Shown here: positions 25,389 to 35,213 of the stretch, piece by piece
Layout of the letters: each line of letters opens with the position of its first letter
How positions within the stretch are numbered: the stretch's first letter is position 1
From: Actinomycetota bacterium
Lineage (GTDB): Bacteria; Actinomycetota; Acidimicrobiia; Spongiisociales; UBA5794
Assembly (NCBI GenBank): GCA_039714175.1
Contig: JBDLJV010000002.1
Coordinates: 1 to 36,280, forward strand
Direction: 5' to 3'
DNA: 36,280 bases
Translations under genes and position numbers: made by a program
Notes under the pieces: model-generated
The model's database searches: none
Told to the model about the DNA's origin: nothing
The model's input: only the letters and a program-made list of their open reading frames with translations

Positions 25389-25823
25389 ATGGTTCTTGTC
25401 AGTAGGAAGGCAGTCGAGTTGGTTGCGGTCGTGGTTGGTGCGTTGGTCGTTGTCGCCGGCATGGGCGTGCCGGCGGCCAACGCCAATCCGGGTTGTGATC
25501 TGATGCTCAGCGCAGATGTTGATGGAGCAGTGACCGAGGGCGCTCTCGGTGTGAGCGTTCTTCTGGATGTCGACAGCAAGGGCCTGACGTACTTCGTGGA
25601 TGTGCCGACCGGATTCACGCTCGAGTGGCTCGATGGCGCGTTCGCTGTCGACGTCACCGACACCCGGTACACGCTTGGCGGCGGAGTCCTGGTTCGCGAG
25701 CCTGTGCTGTCGGGCGAGTTCACTCAACTGACGGCATGCTTCTCCAGGACATCGGCGCCAGTCGCGCCGTGGGGAGACCGGGCCAACGCCGTCCGGCCCG
25801 GCCCACAGCCCTTGGCTGCCTAA
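25389..25823 (+). CDS. Small secreted hypothetical protein
   Basis: Signal-peptide-like AVELVAVVVGALVVVAGMGVPAANA and GC-rich third codon positions. Its stop overlaps the ABC-F stop on the other strand (CTAA at 25820-25823). Confidence 0.6.
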   Translation: MVLVSRKAVELVAVVVGALVVVAGMGVPAANANPGCDLMLSADVDGAVTEGALGVSVLLDVDSKGLTYFVDVPTGFTLEWLDGAFAVDVTDTRYTLGGGVLVREPVLSGEFTQLTACFSRTSAPVAPWGDRANAVRPGPQPLAA

Positions 25824-27313
25824 CGCCCCTCAGTCTTCAGCTCTCCATCAACCATCCAGACGCTATCGGTTGTGGCACTCGCCAACGCATCGTCGTGGGT
25901 GATCAGCAACATCGCTCCCCGGTATGACGTCAAGGCCTCTTCGAGCCGCTCAATCGACGGCAGGTCGAGGTGATTCGTTGGTTCGTCAAGGGCAAGGAGC
26001 CACTTCGGTGTCCCGAGTCCCAGAGCGAGGGCAACCTTCCTGGCTTCGCCCGGCGACGGTTGGTCCGATGCAAGAAGCGCTCCGGGGTCGGCTCCGAGGA
26101 GAGCGACAAGGGACATCACTCTGCCCTTGTCGGCATCGGGGAGCGTCCGCACCTCATTGAGGAACAGGAGCGCATTCTTTGCAGCGGTCTCCTGGGTGAG
26201 ATAGAGGATCTTGTCGCTAGGGATGGCGCTCTCTCCGATAAGTGTCTCGAGTAGAGACGTCTTGCCGGCTCCGTTCGCGCCAGCGATTCTGATACGGTCA
26301 CCGCGCCTGACTGCGAGGTCCACGTCGAAGAGTGCTCGATCAGCTGCCGAGACTGTTCCTGCGTACCTGACAAGGAACTCCTTGTTCGCTGGGGCGAACT
26401 CGAAACCGATGTCACCACCAAGACCCTTCTCCAATTGCGTCCTGTCGATATTGGACGTGACCCGTTCGAGCGAGTTGGTCATCGAGGCAACGGTCTGGGC
26501 GCCGGTCTTCTGCCCGCGTTCATGTCTGTAGCTCGCCGCTGTCCCGCGGGTATCCAGATCGTGTTTGCCTGCTGCACGCCGTTCCCTGATGCGCTCAGCA
26601 TCCTTCTGGACGGACTTCCGCCGCTGTTCATCGATCCGGCGGGCGAGCTTCTTCTGGTCGGCTTTCATCTTCTCGTACTTGGTCGCATGCTCAGCGGCAC
26701 GAGCGGTCCACTCCTCCAGCGCCGTGTCATACCGGCCATTCCACAACTCAAGCCTGCCTTGGCGTAATCGCAGGGTTCTGGTTGTCAGAGTGTTGAGAAG
26801 ACTCCGGTCGTGGGACACGACGACACCGCACCCCCGGTAGGCCTCGAGCGCTTGCATCAGGAGGTCTCTGGCCTCAGCATCGAGATGGTTCGTGGGTTCG
26901 TCGAGCAGCAACACCTCTGGTTCGCTGGCCAGTGCAGCACCGATCTGCCACCGTTTCCGCTCACCCGGAGACATGGTCTCCCATCGGTCGAGGTGGTCGG
27001 GATCGAGCCGTAGCGCAGAGCGCATGCGCACCGCGGTGCGGTCCCAACTCCGGGCAAAGGAATCGATGCTCTCGGTGCGTACATCGACCCGCTGCTCACA
27101 GAGCACGGGCGGTAGTCCTGCGGGTACCACCGATACCGAGCCCGCGTCCGGCGGGTGGTCTCCCATGATCAGGTGCAACAGTGTTGACTTGCCTGCACCA
27201 TTGGCACCGACAAGGCCGGACCAACCGGGACCGAGGTCGAATGTGGCGTCCTCGATGATCGGGACGGCAGTGGAATATGAGAAGGAAACGTGATTGAAAT
27301 GAATAGCAGACAT
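25820..27313 (-). CDS. ABC-F family ATPase (two cassettes, no TM domain)
   Basis: GANGAGKST / SPGERKRWQI / LLLDEPTNHLD and GANGAGKTS / SPGEARKVAL / LALDEPTNHLD, with a charged linker between them. ATG 27313 is preceded by AAGGGAG. Confidence 0.92.
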   Translation of the reverse strand: MSAIHFNHVSFSYSTAVPIIEDATFDLGPGWSGLVGANGAGKSTLLHLIMGDHPPDAGSVSVVPAGLPPVLCEQRVDVRTESIDSFARSWDRTAVRMRSALRLDPDHLDRWETMSPGERKRWQIGAALASEPEVLLLDEPTNHLDAEARDLLMQALEAYRGCGVVVSHDRSLLNTLTTRTLRLRQGRLELWNGRYDTALEEWTARAAEHATKYEKMKADQKKLARRIDEQRRKSVQKDAERIRERRAAGKHDLDTRGTAASYRHERGQKTGAQTVASMTNSLERVTSNIDRTQLEKGLGGDIGFEFAPANKEFLVRYAGTVSAADRALFDVDLAVRRGDRIRIAGANGAGKTSLLETLIGESAIPSDKILYLTQETAAKNALLFLNEVRTLPDADKGRVMSLVALLGADPGALLASDQPSPGEARKVALALGLGTPKWLLALDEPTNHLDLPSIERLEEALTSYRGAMLLITHDDALASATTDSVWMVDGELKTEGR

Positions 27314-27447
27314 GGCAACTCCCTTGCTAAGTAGCACAGCTCGGGCGGGCGCGATTCGGCCCGGAGGTGGTGGGTTCCTCAGTTGACTCTTGTCATGCGT
27401 TCCTTCTCAGTGGTGGGGCAAGTGTATCGGAATCTCAGGAAACGCGG

Positions 27448-27479
27448 GAGAGGAGCGGGTTACACGACCCGCCCCTCTC
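27448..27479 (-). terminator. Hairpin downstream of ino1 (13-position stem with one mismatch, 6-nt loop)
   Basis: gagaggagcgggt-tacacg-acccgcccctctc. In minus-strand sense it is followed by only a short T run (gcgtttcc). Confidence 0.5.
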
Positions 27480-27498
27480 TGCTTGTGGTTCCGGTTGT

Positions 27499-28611
27499 CT
27501 ACTCGCCCAGGAGGAAGCGAGCGAGATCCTCGACCGTGTTGTCCTGACCGGTGATGAAGTCCTCGACGTTGTCGTGCGCCACGGAGTCGTGGTACTGCAC
27601 CGACGGTGACTTCATGAAGTACGAGGACGGTGCCAGCAGCGGGCCTGCGAGGCCACGATCGGTTGCGATCTTGGCGCAGCGAACTGCGTCGATGATCACG
27701 CCGGCGCTGTTCGGGGAGTCCCATACCTCGAGCTTGAGCTCTGCGTTGAGCGGAACGTCGCCGAAGGAGGTGCCCTCCAGACGGATGTACGCCCACTTGC
27801 GGTCCGTGAGCCATGGAACATGGTCCGATGGTCCGATGTGCACGGACTCGGAGTTGATCTTCCGCTCGATCTGGCTCGTAACCGACTGTGTCTTGGAGAT
27901 CTTCTTGGAGATCAGGCGCTCACGCTCCAACATGTTCATGAAGTCCATGTTGCCGCCGAAGTTCAGCTGGTAGGTGTTGTCGATCTTGACACCACGATCC
28001 TCGAAGAGGCGGGCGAGCTGGCGGTGAACGATCGTTGCGCCAACCTGTGACTTGATGTCGTCACCAATGATCGGGAGACCGGCATCCACGAACTTCTGGG
28101 CCCACTCGGGATCCGAAGCGATGAAGACGGGGATGGCGTTCACGAATCCGACGCCCGCCTCGAGAGCTGCGTTCGCATAGAACTCGGTGGCTTCCTGAGA
28201 ACCGACGGGTAGGTACGAGACGAGGACATCAGCATCCGAGTCCTTGAGTGCCTGGACGACATCGACCGGCTGCTCGTCTGACTCCTCGATCATGCCGCAG
28301 TAGTACTTGCCGAGACCATCGAACGTCGGACCGCGCAGGACCTCGATACCGAGATCGCCTACCTCGGCGAACTGGATCGTGTTGTTCTCGCCGCCCCACA
28401 TTGCCTTGGCGACGTCCTGGCCGACCTTGGATGCATCGACATCGAACGCTGCAACGAACTCCACATCACCGATGTGGTAGTCGCCGAGTTGGACGTGCAT
28501 GAGACCGGGGATCTTGAGATCCGCATCGGCATCCTTGTAATACTCAACACCCTGGATGAGGGAGTTCGCGCAGTTTCCGAGCCCTGCGATGGCTACTTTC
28601 ACCTTGGACAT
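27499..28611 (-). CDS. ino1: myo-Inositol-1-phosphate synthase
   Basis: [22 protein letters not shown]-terminus and the overall actinobacterial Ino1 pattern ([18 protein letters not shown]). AGGAGG SD. Confidence 0.95.
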   Translation of the reverse strand: MSKVKVAIAGLGNCANSLIQGVEYYKDADADLKIPGLMHVQLGDYHIGDVEFVAAFDVDASKVGQDVAKAMWGGENNTIQFAEVGDLGIEVLRGPTFDGLGKYYCGMIEESDEQPVDVVQALKDSDADVLVSYLPVGSQEATEFYANAALEAGVGFVNAIPVFIASDPEWAQKFVDAGLPIIGDDIKSQVGATIVHRQLARLFEDRGVKIDNTYQLNFGGNMDFMNMLERERLISKKISKTQSVTSQIERKINSESVHIGPSDHVPWLTDRKWAYIRLEGTSFGDVPLNAELKLEVWDSPNSAGVIIDAVRCAKIATDRGLAGPLLAPSSYFMKSPSVQYHDSVAHDNVEDFITGQDNTVEDLARFLLGE

Positions 28612-28638
28612 TGAGTCCTCCTGTGTTTCCTACTGTTC

Positions 28639-29148
28639 TCAGGCGACGCTGCGCTCGGCAGCGACGAGTCCGTCGAGCCAGGCAATGTCAGCCTCGGTGG
28701 ACTGCATCGAGTGCTCCATGAGAGCGATCCGGTAGCGGTCCTCGTTCTTTGCTGCGGAACGGGCCTCGATGAGGATGTCCCGCGCTGTCTTGAGTTGTAC
28801 TGAAAGCTCCCTGCGCCTGTGATCCATCACCTGGATGCGACGTTCCGATGGGAGATGGCCGAGGAAGGCGAGTCGCACCTGGAAACCGCGGTCGGTTTCG
28901 GTTGCCTCCGGATCGGCCTGGAGGAGGGAGTCGAACACGCCCCTGCCTGCTTCGGTGATCTCGTAGGCCTTCCGTCGACCCGACGCCTTGGAGGCCTCGA
29001 TGGCTCCGCGCTTTTCGAGACGTCGAAGGGCGGGATAGAGGGATCCGAAGGACACCTTCCAGAACCCGAGTTCTCCAAGGGCGCGGCGGAGTTCGTACCC
29101 GTGGCGGGGACGTTCCATCAGCAATCCAAGAATGGCGAAGTCGAGCAT
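28639..29148 (-). CDS. PadR-family transcriptional regulator
   Basis: Winged helix HGYELRRALGELGFWKVSFGSLYPALRRLEKRG. It sits upstream of ino1, as in the mycobacterial Rv0047c-Rv0046c pair. Confidence 0.9.
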   Translation of the reverse strand: MLDFAILGLLMERPRHGYELRRALGELGFWKVSFGSLYPALRRLEKRGAIEASKASGRRKAYEITEAGRGVFDSLLQADPEATETDRGFQVRLAFLGHLPSERRIQVMDHRRRELSVQLKTARDILIEARSAAKNEDRYRIALMEHSMQSTEADIAWLDGLVAAERSVA

Positions 29149-29161
29149 GGATGTCAGTCTA

Positions 29162-29199
29162 TATCGTTTCGATACATATGCCTATATCGAATCGATATA
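29162..29199. promoter_or_regulatory. Two related palindromes (candidate PadR operators) over the padR core promoter
   Basis: TATCG-ttt-CGATA (29162-29174) and TATATCGA-a-TCGATATA (29183-29199). Both are preceded by the direct repeat cTATATCG. On the minus strand TAGACT lies 7 nt upstream of the padR ATG. Confidence 0.55.
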
Positions 29200-29205
29200 T
29201 GACGA

Positions 29206-29303
29206 CATCCGATTGCCGATATCCGACAACCGACGACTGCATCAGCAGGTTGTCAGAGGAGATAGCGCGTCGGACATCGGATGTCGGGATTCGGACGTCG
29301 ACA
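29206..29303. repeat. 14 in-phase heptamers: NNNCCGA x4 and the inverted RTCGGRN x5 around a 32-nt centre
   Basis: catccga ttgccga tatccga caaccga cgactgc atcagca ggttgtc agaggag atagcgc gtcggac atcggat gtcggga ttcggac gtcgaca. Confidence 0.85.
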
Positions 29304-29318
29304 CGAGCTGACTTCTGC

Positions 29319-30935
29319 CTATCCGCACTCGCTGTCGCCTGAGCGGGATTGGGCTGCTACCCCGTTCTCGAGAACGTCGCGGACCTTCCATCGGATCCGC
29401 TCGGTGTCCGGGATGGGGTACTTCAGCGGTGTCCGACCAGCGCTGTACGTCGGAGGGACGAGTCCGACGGTGGCCACGTTGTCGAGGTCGACGGTTCCGG
29501 CGATACGCACGAGATCCGGAAGCATGGCCAGCGGAATGTCTGTGATGACTGATTCCTCGATGAGATCAAGGAGGTCGGGCAACGCTCCTACGAGTTTCAA
29601 GGTATCGGTTTGCGTCACTGCGGCTCGCACGAGGCACCGCTGCCTACCCATGCGGTTGTAATCGGAAGAGCCTCTGCGCCATCGCACATACGCAAGGGCC
29701 TCAAGTCCGTCGAGGTGGTTCATCCCCGGTTCGACGTTGATTGAAGCCTTCGGGACTCCCTCCTCCGGAGATGACACGGTCACGTGGTAGGGCTCCTTGA
29801 CGAGCACATCGACACCGCCGAGAGCGTCGATGGCCTTGACGAAGCCCTCCATCTTGACCATCAGGTAGTAGTCGATGGGAAGGTCGACGAGGTGGGAGAT
29901 CACATCTCTCAGGGCCGCAAGGCCCGGTTCGGGTGACCCTGCATACGCTCTTGTCCAGTCCTGCGTGTACTGGTGCACCTTGTTGAGCATCGTCGGGAAG
30001 CACTCACACGACTCGAACTCGGGCTCTTCGGGGATGCCGTCCCCATCGGTGTCGATCCAGGCGTCCGGATACCCGTCCTCGTCAAGGTCGGTGAGATCCT
30101 TCTCGATCACCCTCTCCTCAAGATCGACGAAGGCGTTCCTGAGGTGCTTTGGTAGTGGAACGAGTTTGAAGTTCCGTGGCAGGCCGAACAGGGCTGCTCT
30201 TCCCGTTGCGAGTTCGAAGGTTGCGACGATCATCGTGTCGGTCCGCAGACCCTCTCGACCCGGCCCGGCATCCCCTCCGACGAGCAGAATCGTCAAGCGC
30301 TCAGGATTGACTCGTTCCTCGAAGGGTACGAAGGGTGCAAATGGCGTCGAAGGAGCAAGGATGTCTCCGAGGGAGGCGATGGCGTCGGGATCCCCGAATC
30401 CCGGTAGGAACACAAGATTGCGACCGGTTTCCAGATCAGGGGTAACCGGATCCCGATAGATCGTCGGGTCGGGCAACGTGTCGACCATCTTCACGGGCGG
30501 AGTATTCAGAGGTGCGACGGCACCGCCAGCAGGCGCAGCCACGAAGACGGATTCGAGGGCACCTTTGGCCTTTACCCCATACGACCACCCGATGACATGG
30601 GGAACAGCGACCGCGATGAGGAGAAGGCTGACCGTGACGGGCATCCACGCTCGATCGGATGTCGACTCGGTCACTGCGTACGCATCGACGACGGCACCAA
30701 CCCGCCAGGTGAGTATCAGGAGGTTCACCACGAGGAGACCGGAGAGGAAGGAAGGCCGGACGAGAAGGGCCGCCATCTCGACTGATCCCTGTGCAGCAAA
30801 GGCGATGCTTGCGATGACGAGTGCGAGCGTCGGGAGGAAGAAGGCAAGCGCTCGTAGCGGTTTCCGCGCGTATAGCTGGCCCGCCCCCGGAATCAGAGCG
30901 GACAGCAGCGCCGCGATCAACGGATGATCCCTCAT
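29319..30935 (-). CDS. LCP (LytR-CpsA-Psr) family cell-wall glycopolymer ligase with multi-span N-terminus
   Basis: About four N-terminal TM spans, then LTILLVGGDAGPGREGLRTDTMIVA...LFGLPRNF...IDYYLMVKMEGFVKAIDALGGVDV...YVRWRRGSSDYNRMGRQ. Confidence 0.87.
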   Translation of the reverse strand: MRDHPLIAALLSALIPGAGQLYARKPLRALAFFLPTLALVIASIAFAAQGSVEMAALLVRPSFLSGLLVVNLLILTWRVGAVVDAYAVTESTSDRAWMPVTVSLLLIAVAVPHVIGWSYGVKAKGALESVFVAAPAGGAVAPLNTPPVKMVDTLPDPTIYRDPVTPDLETGRNLVFLPGFGDPDAIASLGDILAPSTPFAPFVPFEERVNPERLTILLVGGDAGPGREGLRTDTMIVATFELATGRAALFGLPRNFKLVPLPKHLRNAFVDLEERVIEKDLTDLDEDGYPDAWIDTDGDGIPEEPEFESCECFPTMLNKVHQYTQDWTRAYAGSPEPGLAALRDVISHLVDLPIDYYLMVKMEGFVKAIDALGGVDVLVKEPYHVTVSSPEEGVPKASINVEPGMNHLDGLEALAYVRWRRGSSDYNRMGRQRCLVRAAVTQTDTLKLVGALPDLLDLIEESVITDIPLAMLPDLVRIAGTVDLDNVATVGLVPPTYSAGRTPLKYPIPDTERIRWKVRDVLENGVAAQSRSGDSECG

Positions 30936-31066
30936 GACCTCCCCCGTGGCTGTCTACTGCTGAGGAGTTCCGTTCCTCATGCACACGTTACCTCTGGCCC
31001 AATTTTGCGCACGGGAATAGGAGCAAGAGCCCAGCGCCGCTGTGCGCGGGCAACGCGTGTCGTGAT

Positions 31067-32731
31067 TCACGGAATCTGGGGCGTGTGGTGTAACTCGACA
31101 TCAAGCGTGACGGGGATTGTTACCTCACTGGCCTTGACCTTCCTGGCATCCGTGAGTTCAGCGTAGATCTCCCCTCCGGAGGTCTTCTCGAGTTTGAATA
31201 GGTAGAAGCCCGCTTCGGTTCTGTAAGCGGCGAATCCCTCAGCGAACCATGGGAGCCACGGTGCTTGCTTAAGCGCGTGTTCGTCGCAGAACCAGTTGGG
31301 GTCCTCGGTGAACCGGATTGACACACCGACCCGATTGACTGTGGTGTTGGCGAGATTCCCGAAGTTGGCGTTGTAGGTGAGCAGCATGGCTACATCGATA
31401 GGTGAAACCGAACCGCAAGTGAGGCTGCCGAGGGATCCAGCGCCGGTAAGGGTTCCCTCAACGGCAGGGATCTCGAAGATTCCCTTGAGTAGGAAGATCG
31501 CCGCCTTCCCCTCGGGAACCTGGAGTGGTACCTCTGCATTCATCTGTGCGGCCCATTCTGCGGATATTGCACTCTCGAAGTCGACGCGAAATTGAGTGCA
31601 CGCCCGAAGCGCTGTGTTCATGTACTCGAGGCTCGAGCCGTCACCAGTGATATTCTGCGCCAGCCAGTCGTACAGGAGCGCCCAACGCAGCATCGAGAAC
31701 ATCGCTTCTGGGTCTTGATCCTGGATGCAGCGGAGGTTCTCCTGATCGAACAGTCGGAATGCTGCATCCTGGAGGGCGGCAGCGGCTCCCTGCATGGCTA
31801 TCTCGGCAAGAATCAGGGGGCTTTCGGTGCCAAGGCCGTAGTGCTTGAAGAGCGAGCCAAGAATCCCGTGGGCTGACATGAACTCCCCGAGTAGATCGTA
31901 CATGGCTGCTTCGTCAGCGATCTGACCGGCGTCATGTTCGATCGACGAGAACCACTCCACCATGATCTGAGCCAAGGCTGCTTCGGCTGCTGCCGGATCC
32001 TCGACTCGGTTGAATATGGTTTCGTACTCCTGTGTGTACCTGCCTTCGCGAGAACTCGGTCGGTATGTTGCCCGGATCTTGGCTATCTCGGTCTCTCGGG
32101 CTACGACGCTCCCCGATAGGGAGAAATGGGCCACCGGTACGACCGCCGCACCATCGATGACGCCTGGCTTCGGAGCCAGGTCGGAGCCGTCGTGGTTCGA
32201 CGTGAACAGCAGTGACGTTGCTGGAGCAAGGTCTGCTCCCTCGATCGTGAGGTCGGCGGACTCGAGGAGGATCAAGCCGTCGGGTTCGAGGGAGACGGCA
32301 TGTGCGCGAGCGCCGGGGAAGGGGGATTCCGTGAGCAGCACGGGTGTCATGGTGATCATCTCTGGGGATGTCAGCGCACCCGCGGGTATGGCCAGTGTGT
32401 AGGTCACGCCCGCACTGTCGGTTGTGGTCAGGGTTCCACCTGCTTCGTTGATCTCGCTTGAGACGGACGCCGATGCTTCGGATTCGAACGCGACAGGGAG
32501 CGGGTTGGCAGGCTGCTCGAGGAACGACCCGCCCGCCGTTTGGCTGATTGCAGGGTTGGAGCCGGCTTCTGTTGATGTGGATTGCTCAATTGGCCTGGTG
32601 TCTGAGGACCCTGAGGATGGTTCGACCTCGATCCGTTCTTTAGCCGTTCCACAGGCTGATCCGACCAATGCGAGTGCCACAACGACCATCGCGAGTCCGC
32701 GTTCCTGAATGAATGCGCTCGTGTTTCGCAC
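31067..32731 (-). CDS. Large hypothetical secreted protein / probable lipoprotein
   Basis: GTG start with a GGGAGGA SD. N-terminus MRNTSAFIQERGLAMVVVALALVGSAC. Ser/Thr/Glu-rich linker. I recognised no family. Confidence 0.72.
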   Translation of the reverse strand: MRNTSAFIQERGLAMVVVALALVGSACGTAKERIEVEPSSGSSDTRPIEQSTSTEAGSNPAISQTAGGSFLEQPANPLPVAFESEASASVSSEINEAGGTLTTTDSAGVTYTLAIPAGALTSPEMITMTPVLLTESPFPGARAHAVSLEPDGLILLESADLTIEGADLAPATSLLFTSNHDGSDLAPKPGVIDGAAVVPVAHFSLSGSVVARETEIAKIRATYRPSSREGRYTQEYETIFNRVEDPAAAEAALAQIMVEWFSSIEHDAGQIADEAAMYDLLGEFMSAHGILGSLFKHYGLGTESPLILAEIAMQGAAAALQDAAFRLFDQENLRCIQDQDPEAMFSMLRWALLYDWLAQNITGDGSSLEYMNTALRACTQFRVDFESAISAEWAAQMNAEVPLQVPEGKAAIFLLKGIFEIPAVEGTLTGAGSLGSLTCGSVSPIDVAMLLTYNANFGNLANTTVNRVGVSIRFTEDPNWFCDEHALKQAPWLPWFAEGFAAYRTEAGFYLFKLEKTSGGEIYAELTDARKVKASEVTIPVTLDVELHHTPQIP

Positions 32732-32897
32732 GCTGTCCTCCCAATCATCGAAGTCAACTGGACGATTCTGTCACAGGGGGCTGAACAGCCGCTTAATGCA
32801 CCCCGAGTGGCGTAGCAACGTTCAGAGCGCGTTAAGCGGTTCATGCAATGGTCCGCATGTCCCATGACGAATGTGGGTCGTCTTTCGAGGAGAGCGG

Positions 32898-33374
32898 ATG
32901 AGAACGATTCGAATGAGCTTGATCGTGTTGGCAGTCGTGGCAGTATCGGCGTGTAGCGGAAATGGAGGGGGCGAGTCGAGTGGCGAAGACGGGGATGTAA
33001 CCGCCGGCGAGTCGGTCAGCACGACGAGCCAGTCACCTGGGTCCACAGACAACGACGTGCCCGGAGTCGATCAGACCACGGCGACCGTCCAGATAGGACC
33101 GGAAGTCTTCAATCTGGACGGCGATGTTGGATGTCTCACCGGTGACTTCATCTCTGTGACGTTTACAAACGCCACAGACCGGATAACGATCACTCACACC
33201 GGAGACACCACGCTCATCCGGATGCAGGTCAACGCGACTGATTGGGTTGACAATGGCTCGCCGTCGGCGCCGCAGGTTGTCGATGTCGGCGGCAGCGAGG
33301 TCGTCTCTTGGACAGGAACAATGTCATCGGCCGGAGAGAACGAGACGGTGATCATGGAGATCGGATGTCCATGA
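32898..33374 (+). CDS. Small lipoprotein, possibly LpqH (19-kDa antigen)-like
   Basis: GAGGAG SD before ATG 32898. Lipobox LAVVAVSAC, Gly/Ser/Asp linker, and two Cys (DVGCLTG and C-terminal MEIGCP) placed as in LpqH-type lipoproteins. The family call is inference. Confidence 0.68.
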   Translation: MRTIRMSLIVLAVVAVSACSGNGGGESSGEDGDVTAGESVSTTSQSPGSTDNDVPGVDQTTATVQIGPEVFNLDGDVGCLTGDFISVTFTNATDRITITHTGDTTLIRMQVNATDWVDNGSPSAPQVVDVGGSEVVSWTGTMSSAGENETVIMEIGCP

Positions 33375-34042
33375 TCATGGCTCCGACATTCGAACGGATT
33401 CAGCGACTCATCTACCGCAGAGGTGTCGTGTTGGCTCTCGTAGGGGCAATGGTTGTGACTGCTTGTGGAGGAGTCGACGACTCAGCGGCCGACGTGGACA
33501 CTGGAGCGCAAAACAACTCTGAGACGAGTGTCACCACGGGTAGTGATACAGACGACACCGATACGACGATCGACGACGCTGTTGCGTCAGACGATGGAGA
33601 TGTCGTGAGCGAGTCCACCGCTGGTGAAGCCTTCGATTGGGATTCGTTCGTGCTCTGTCCGGTAATCGAGGAGCACAAGGGCGAGTTGGCAGCGATTCTC
33701 GGTTTTGAGATCGATCCGGAGCGAGCAGTCGAGACGTTCACCCGCGAGTGCAACATCCAGGCGTTGAACGGATACGACTTCGCCAGGGTGGAGTTGGGGT
33801 TCAAGGCCATGCCATCGGTCGAATTCAAGGCTCGCGGATACGAGGATCCCGCGTCGCCGGAACCGGCGCTCGGCAACGAAGCGGTCTACATCGACGCCTC
33901 AGATCAGCCGCATCTCATCTTTCTGGTTGGAGGCCTCATCGTCGATGTTGGAGCCCGGGTGGAAGAAATGGCGTCGCCTCGTGACACATTGATCGCCTAC
34001 GCGCTGAGGGTGCGGGAACTTCTCACCGAGGCCAACGGGTGA
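33365..34042 (+). CDS. Hypothetical lipoprotein with acidic low-complexity linker
   Basis: The start ATG 33365 (or 33371, forming ATGA) overlaps the upstream stop. Lipobox AMVVTAC, then a D/T/S-rich linker and a ~150-aa domain with two Cys. Confidence 0.68.
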   Translation: MSMIMAPTFERIQRLIYRRGVVLALVGAMVVTACGGVDDSAADVDTGAQNNSETSVTTGSDTDDTDTTIDDAVASDDGDVVSESTAGEAFDWDSFVLCPVIEEHKGELAAILGFEIDPERAVETFTRECNIQALNGYDFARVELGFKAMPSVEFKARGYEDPASPEPALGNEAVYIDASDQPHLIFLVGGLIVDVGARVEEMASPRDTLIAYALRVRELLTEANG

Positions 34043-34052
34043 GGCCTGCCTC

Positions 34053-35213
34053 GTGAACGGACCGATCGGTGTCGCGTCTCGATTCCCACGGTGGTTCAGC
34101 GTTGTCACGCTACTCACAGTCCTGATCGTGATCGCTCCCGCTCCGGTACGTTCTCAGACAGAGTCACAGCCAGTCGAGCCGCTGGTGATTCGTTCGGGAG
34201 AGTGGCGAGGCGAGGCGATCGCATATGGATCGCTCTTCTATCCGGAGGTGCATTGGCTTGGGGGGATCAGGGCCCTGTTCGCGCTCGATGTAGATGACCT
34301 GGGAACAGTCGGGGGGTGGTGGAACATCGACGGCGAAGCGCTGGTATACGTGGACGGAGACGTTCCCGTTCTCTTTCGTCAGACTCATACAGGCCTCGGC
34401 ATGTTCTCGGATCGGGGCCAAACCGACGAGCAGGCCCCGTCCAGCAGTCTCGTGATGACAGGTGGCGTTGGCTCACGCGGAACCGCTGAGACCGAGTTCG
34501 GTTCGATCGACGTGGGACCCGTCCAGAATCCGTTCCAATCCGATGTTCGGATTCTCCATGCCGACTGCTACGAGTTGGTAGGTGACTGGATCGATCCTCT
34601 CGAGATGCTCGCGGGCAACGAGGGGTGGTTCCTCGGTGATCTCAACGGGCTTTTCAGGGCGTCGTTCGTCGGCGATGACCCCGAACCCGCCCTGATCGAG
34701 AGGATTGATCAACTCAATGCCGATACCCAGGCGTGGGCGGATGAGATGGTGGCAACTGGCGTGTTCGACCTGGCGGCAACCTTTGCGTTGCTCGTTCGGG
34801 CACGCGAGATTGCTGTAGCCCTCGCTGAAGCCGACATGTGTGAAGACGGTCCAACGCCGGATCCCTCCACCTACATCAGCTCGTTCACATATGGCCTGAT
34901 GCTTGGCATGGTCGTGACCCTGCAAAGCCACGAAATGAGCGGGTCGAGCCTCTTCGCCATGGTGACGGCGTTGGGAGCACTTGGGAACTCCGGGGCCCAA
35001 GCGATGGTTGGTTCGGAGATACAGAAGCAGACCCAACGGATCGTCGGCAGCAGCGCGTCTGCCTACGGCGACGGCTGCAGTCCGTGTGTCGATCCCGAGA
35101 GCGGGACCGAGGTCATCGAGGCGGCGGCAGCGGGAGACAGGCTTGGCCAAGAATTCGAGATCGACGGTGAAGTCTTCACCGGCGATCAGGTCATTGATGC
35201 GGCGATCAAGTGA
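34053..35213 (+). CDS. Hypothetical secreted protein
   Basis: GTG start with GGTGAGG upstream. Signal-like FSVVTLLTVLIVIAPAPVRSQ. No recognised family. Confidence 0.7.
   Translation: MNGPIGVASRFPRWFSVVTLLTVLIVIAPAPVRSQTESQPVEPLVIRSGEWRGEAIAYGSLFYPEVHWLGGIRALFALDVDDLGTVGGWWNIDGEALVYVDGDVPVLFRQTHTGLGMFSDRGQTDEQAPSSSLVMTGGVGSRGTAETEFGSIDVGPVQNPFQSDVRILHADCYELVGDWIDPLEMLAGNEGWFLGDLNGLFRASFVGDDPEPALIERIDQLNADTQAWADEMVATGVFDLAATFALLVRAREIAVALAEADMCEDGPTPDPSTYISSFTYGLMLGMVVTLQSHEMSGSSLFAMVTALGALGNSGAQAMVGSEIQKQTQRIVGSSASAYGDGCSPCVDPESGTEVIEAAAAGDRLGQEFEIDGEVFTGDQVIDAAIK

Noticed and set aside
25323-25727. 134-aa minus-strand ORF competing with the plus-strand ORF 25389-25823.
   Set aside because: The plus-strand product has a clean signal peptide and coding-like third-position GC. 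The minus-strand product has no features and would collide with the carbonic anhydrase 3' end.
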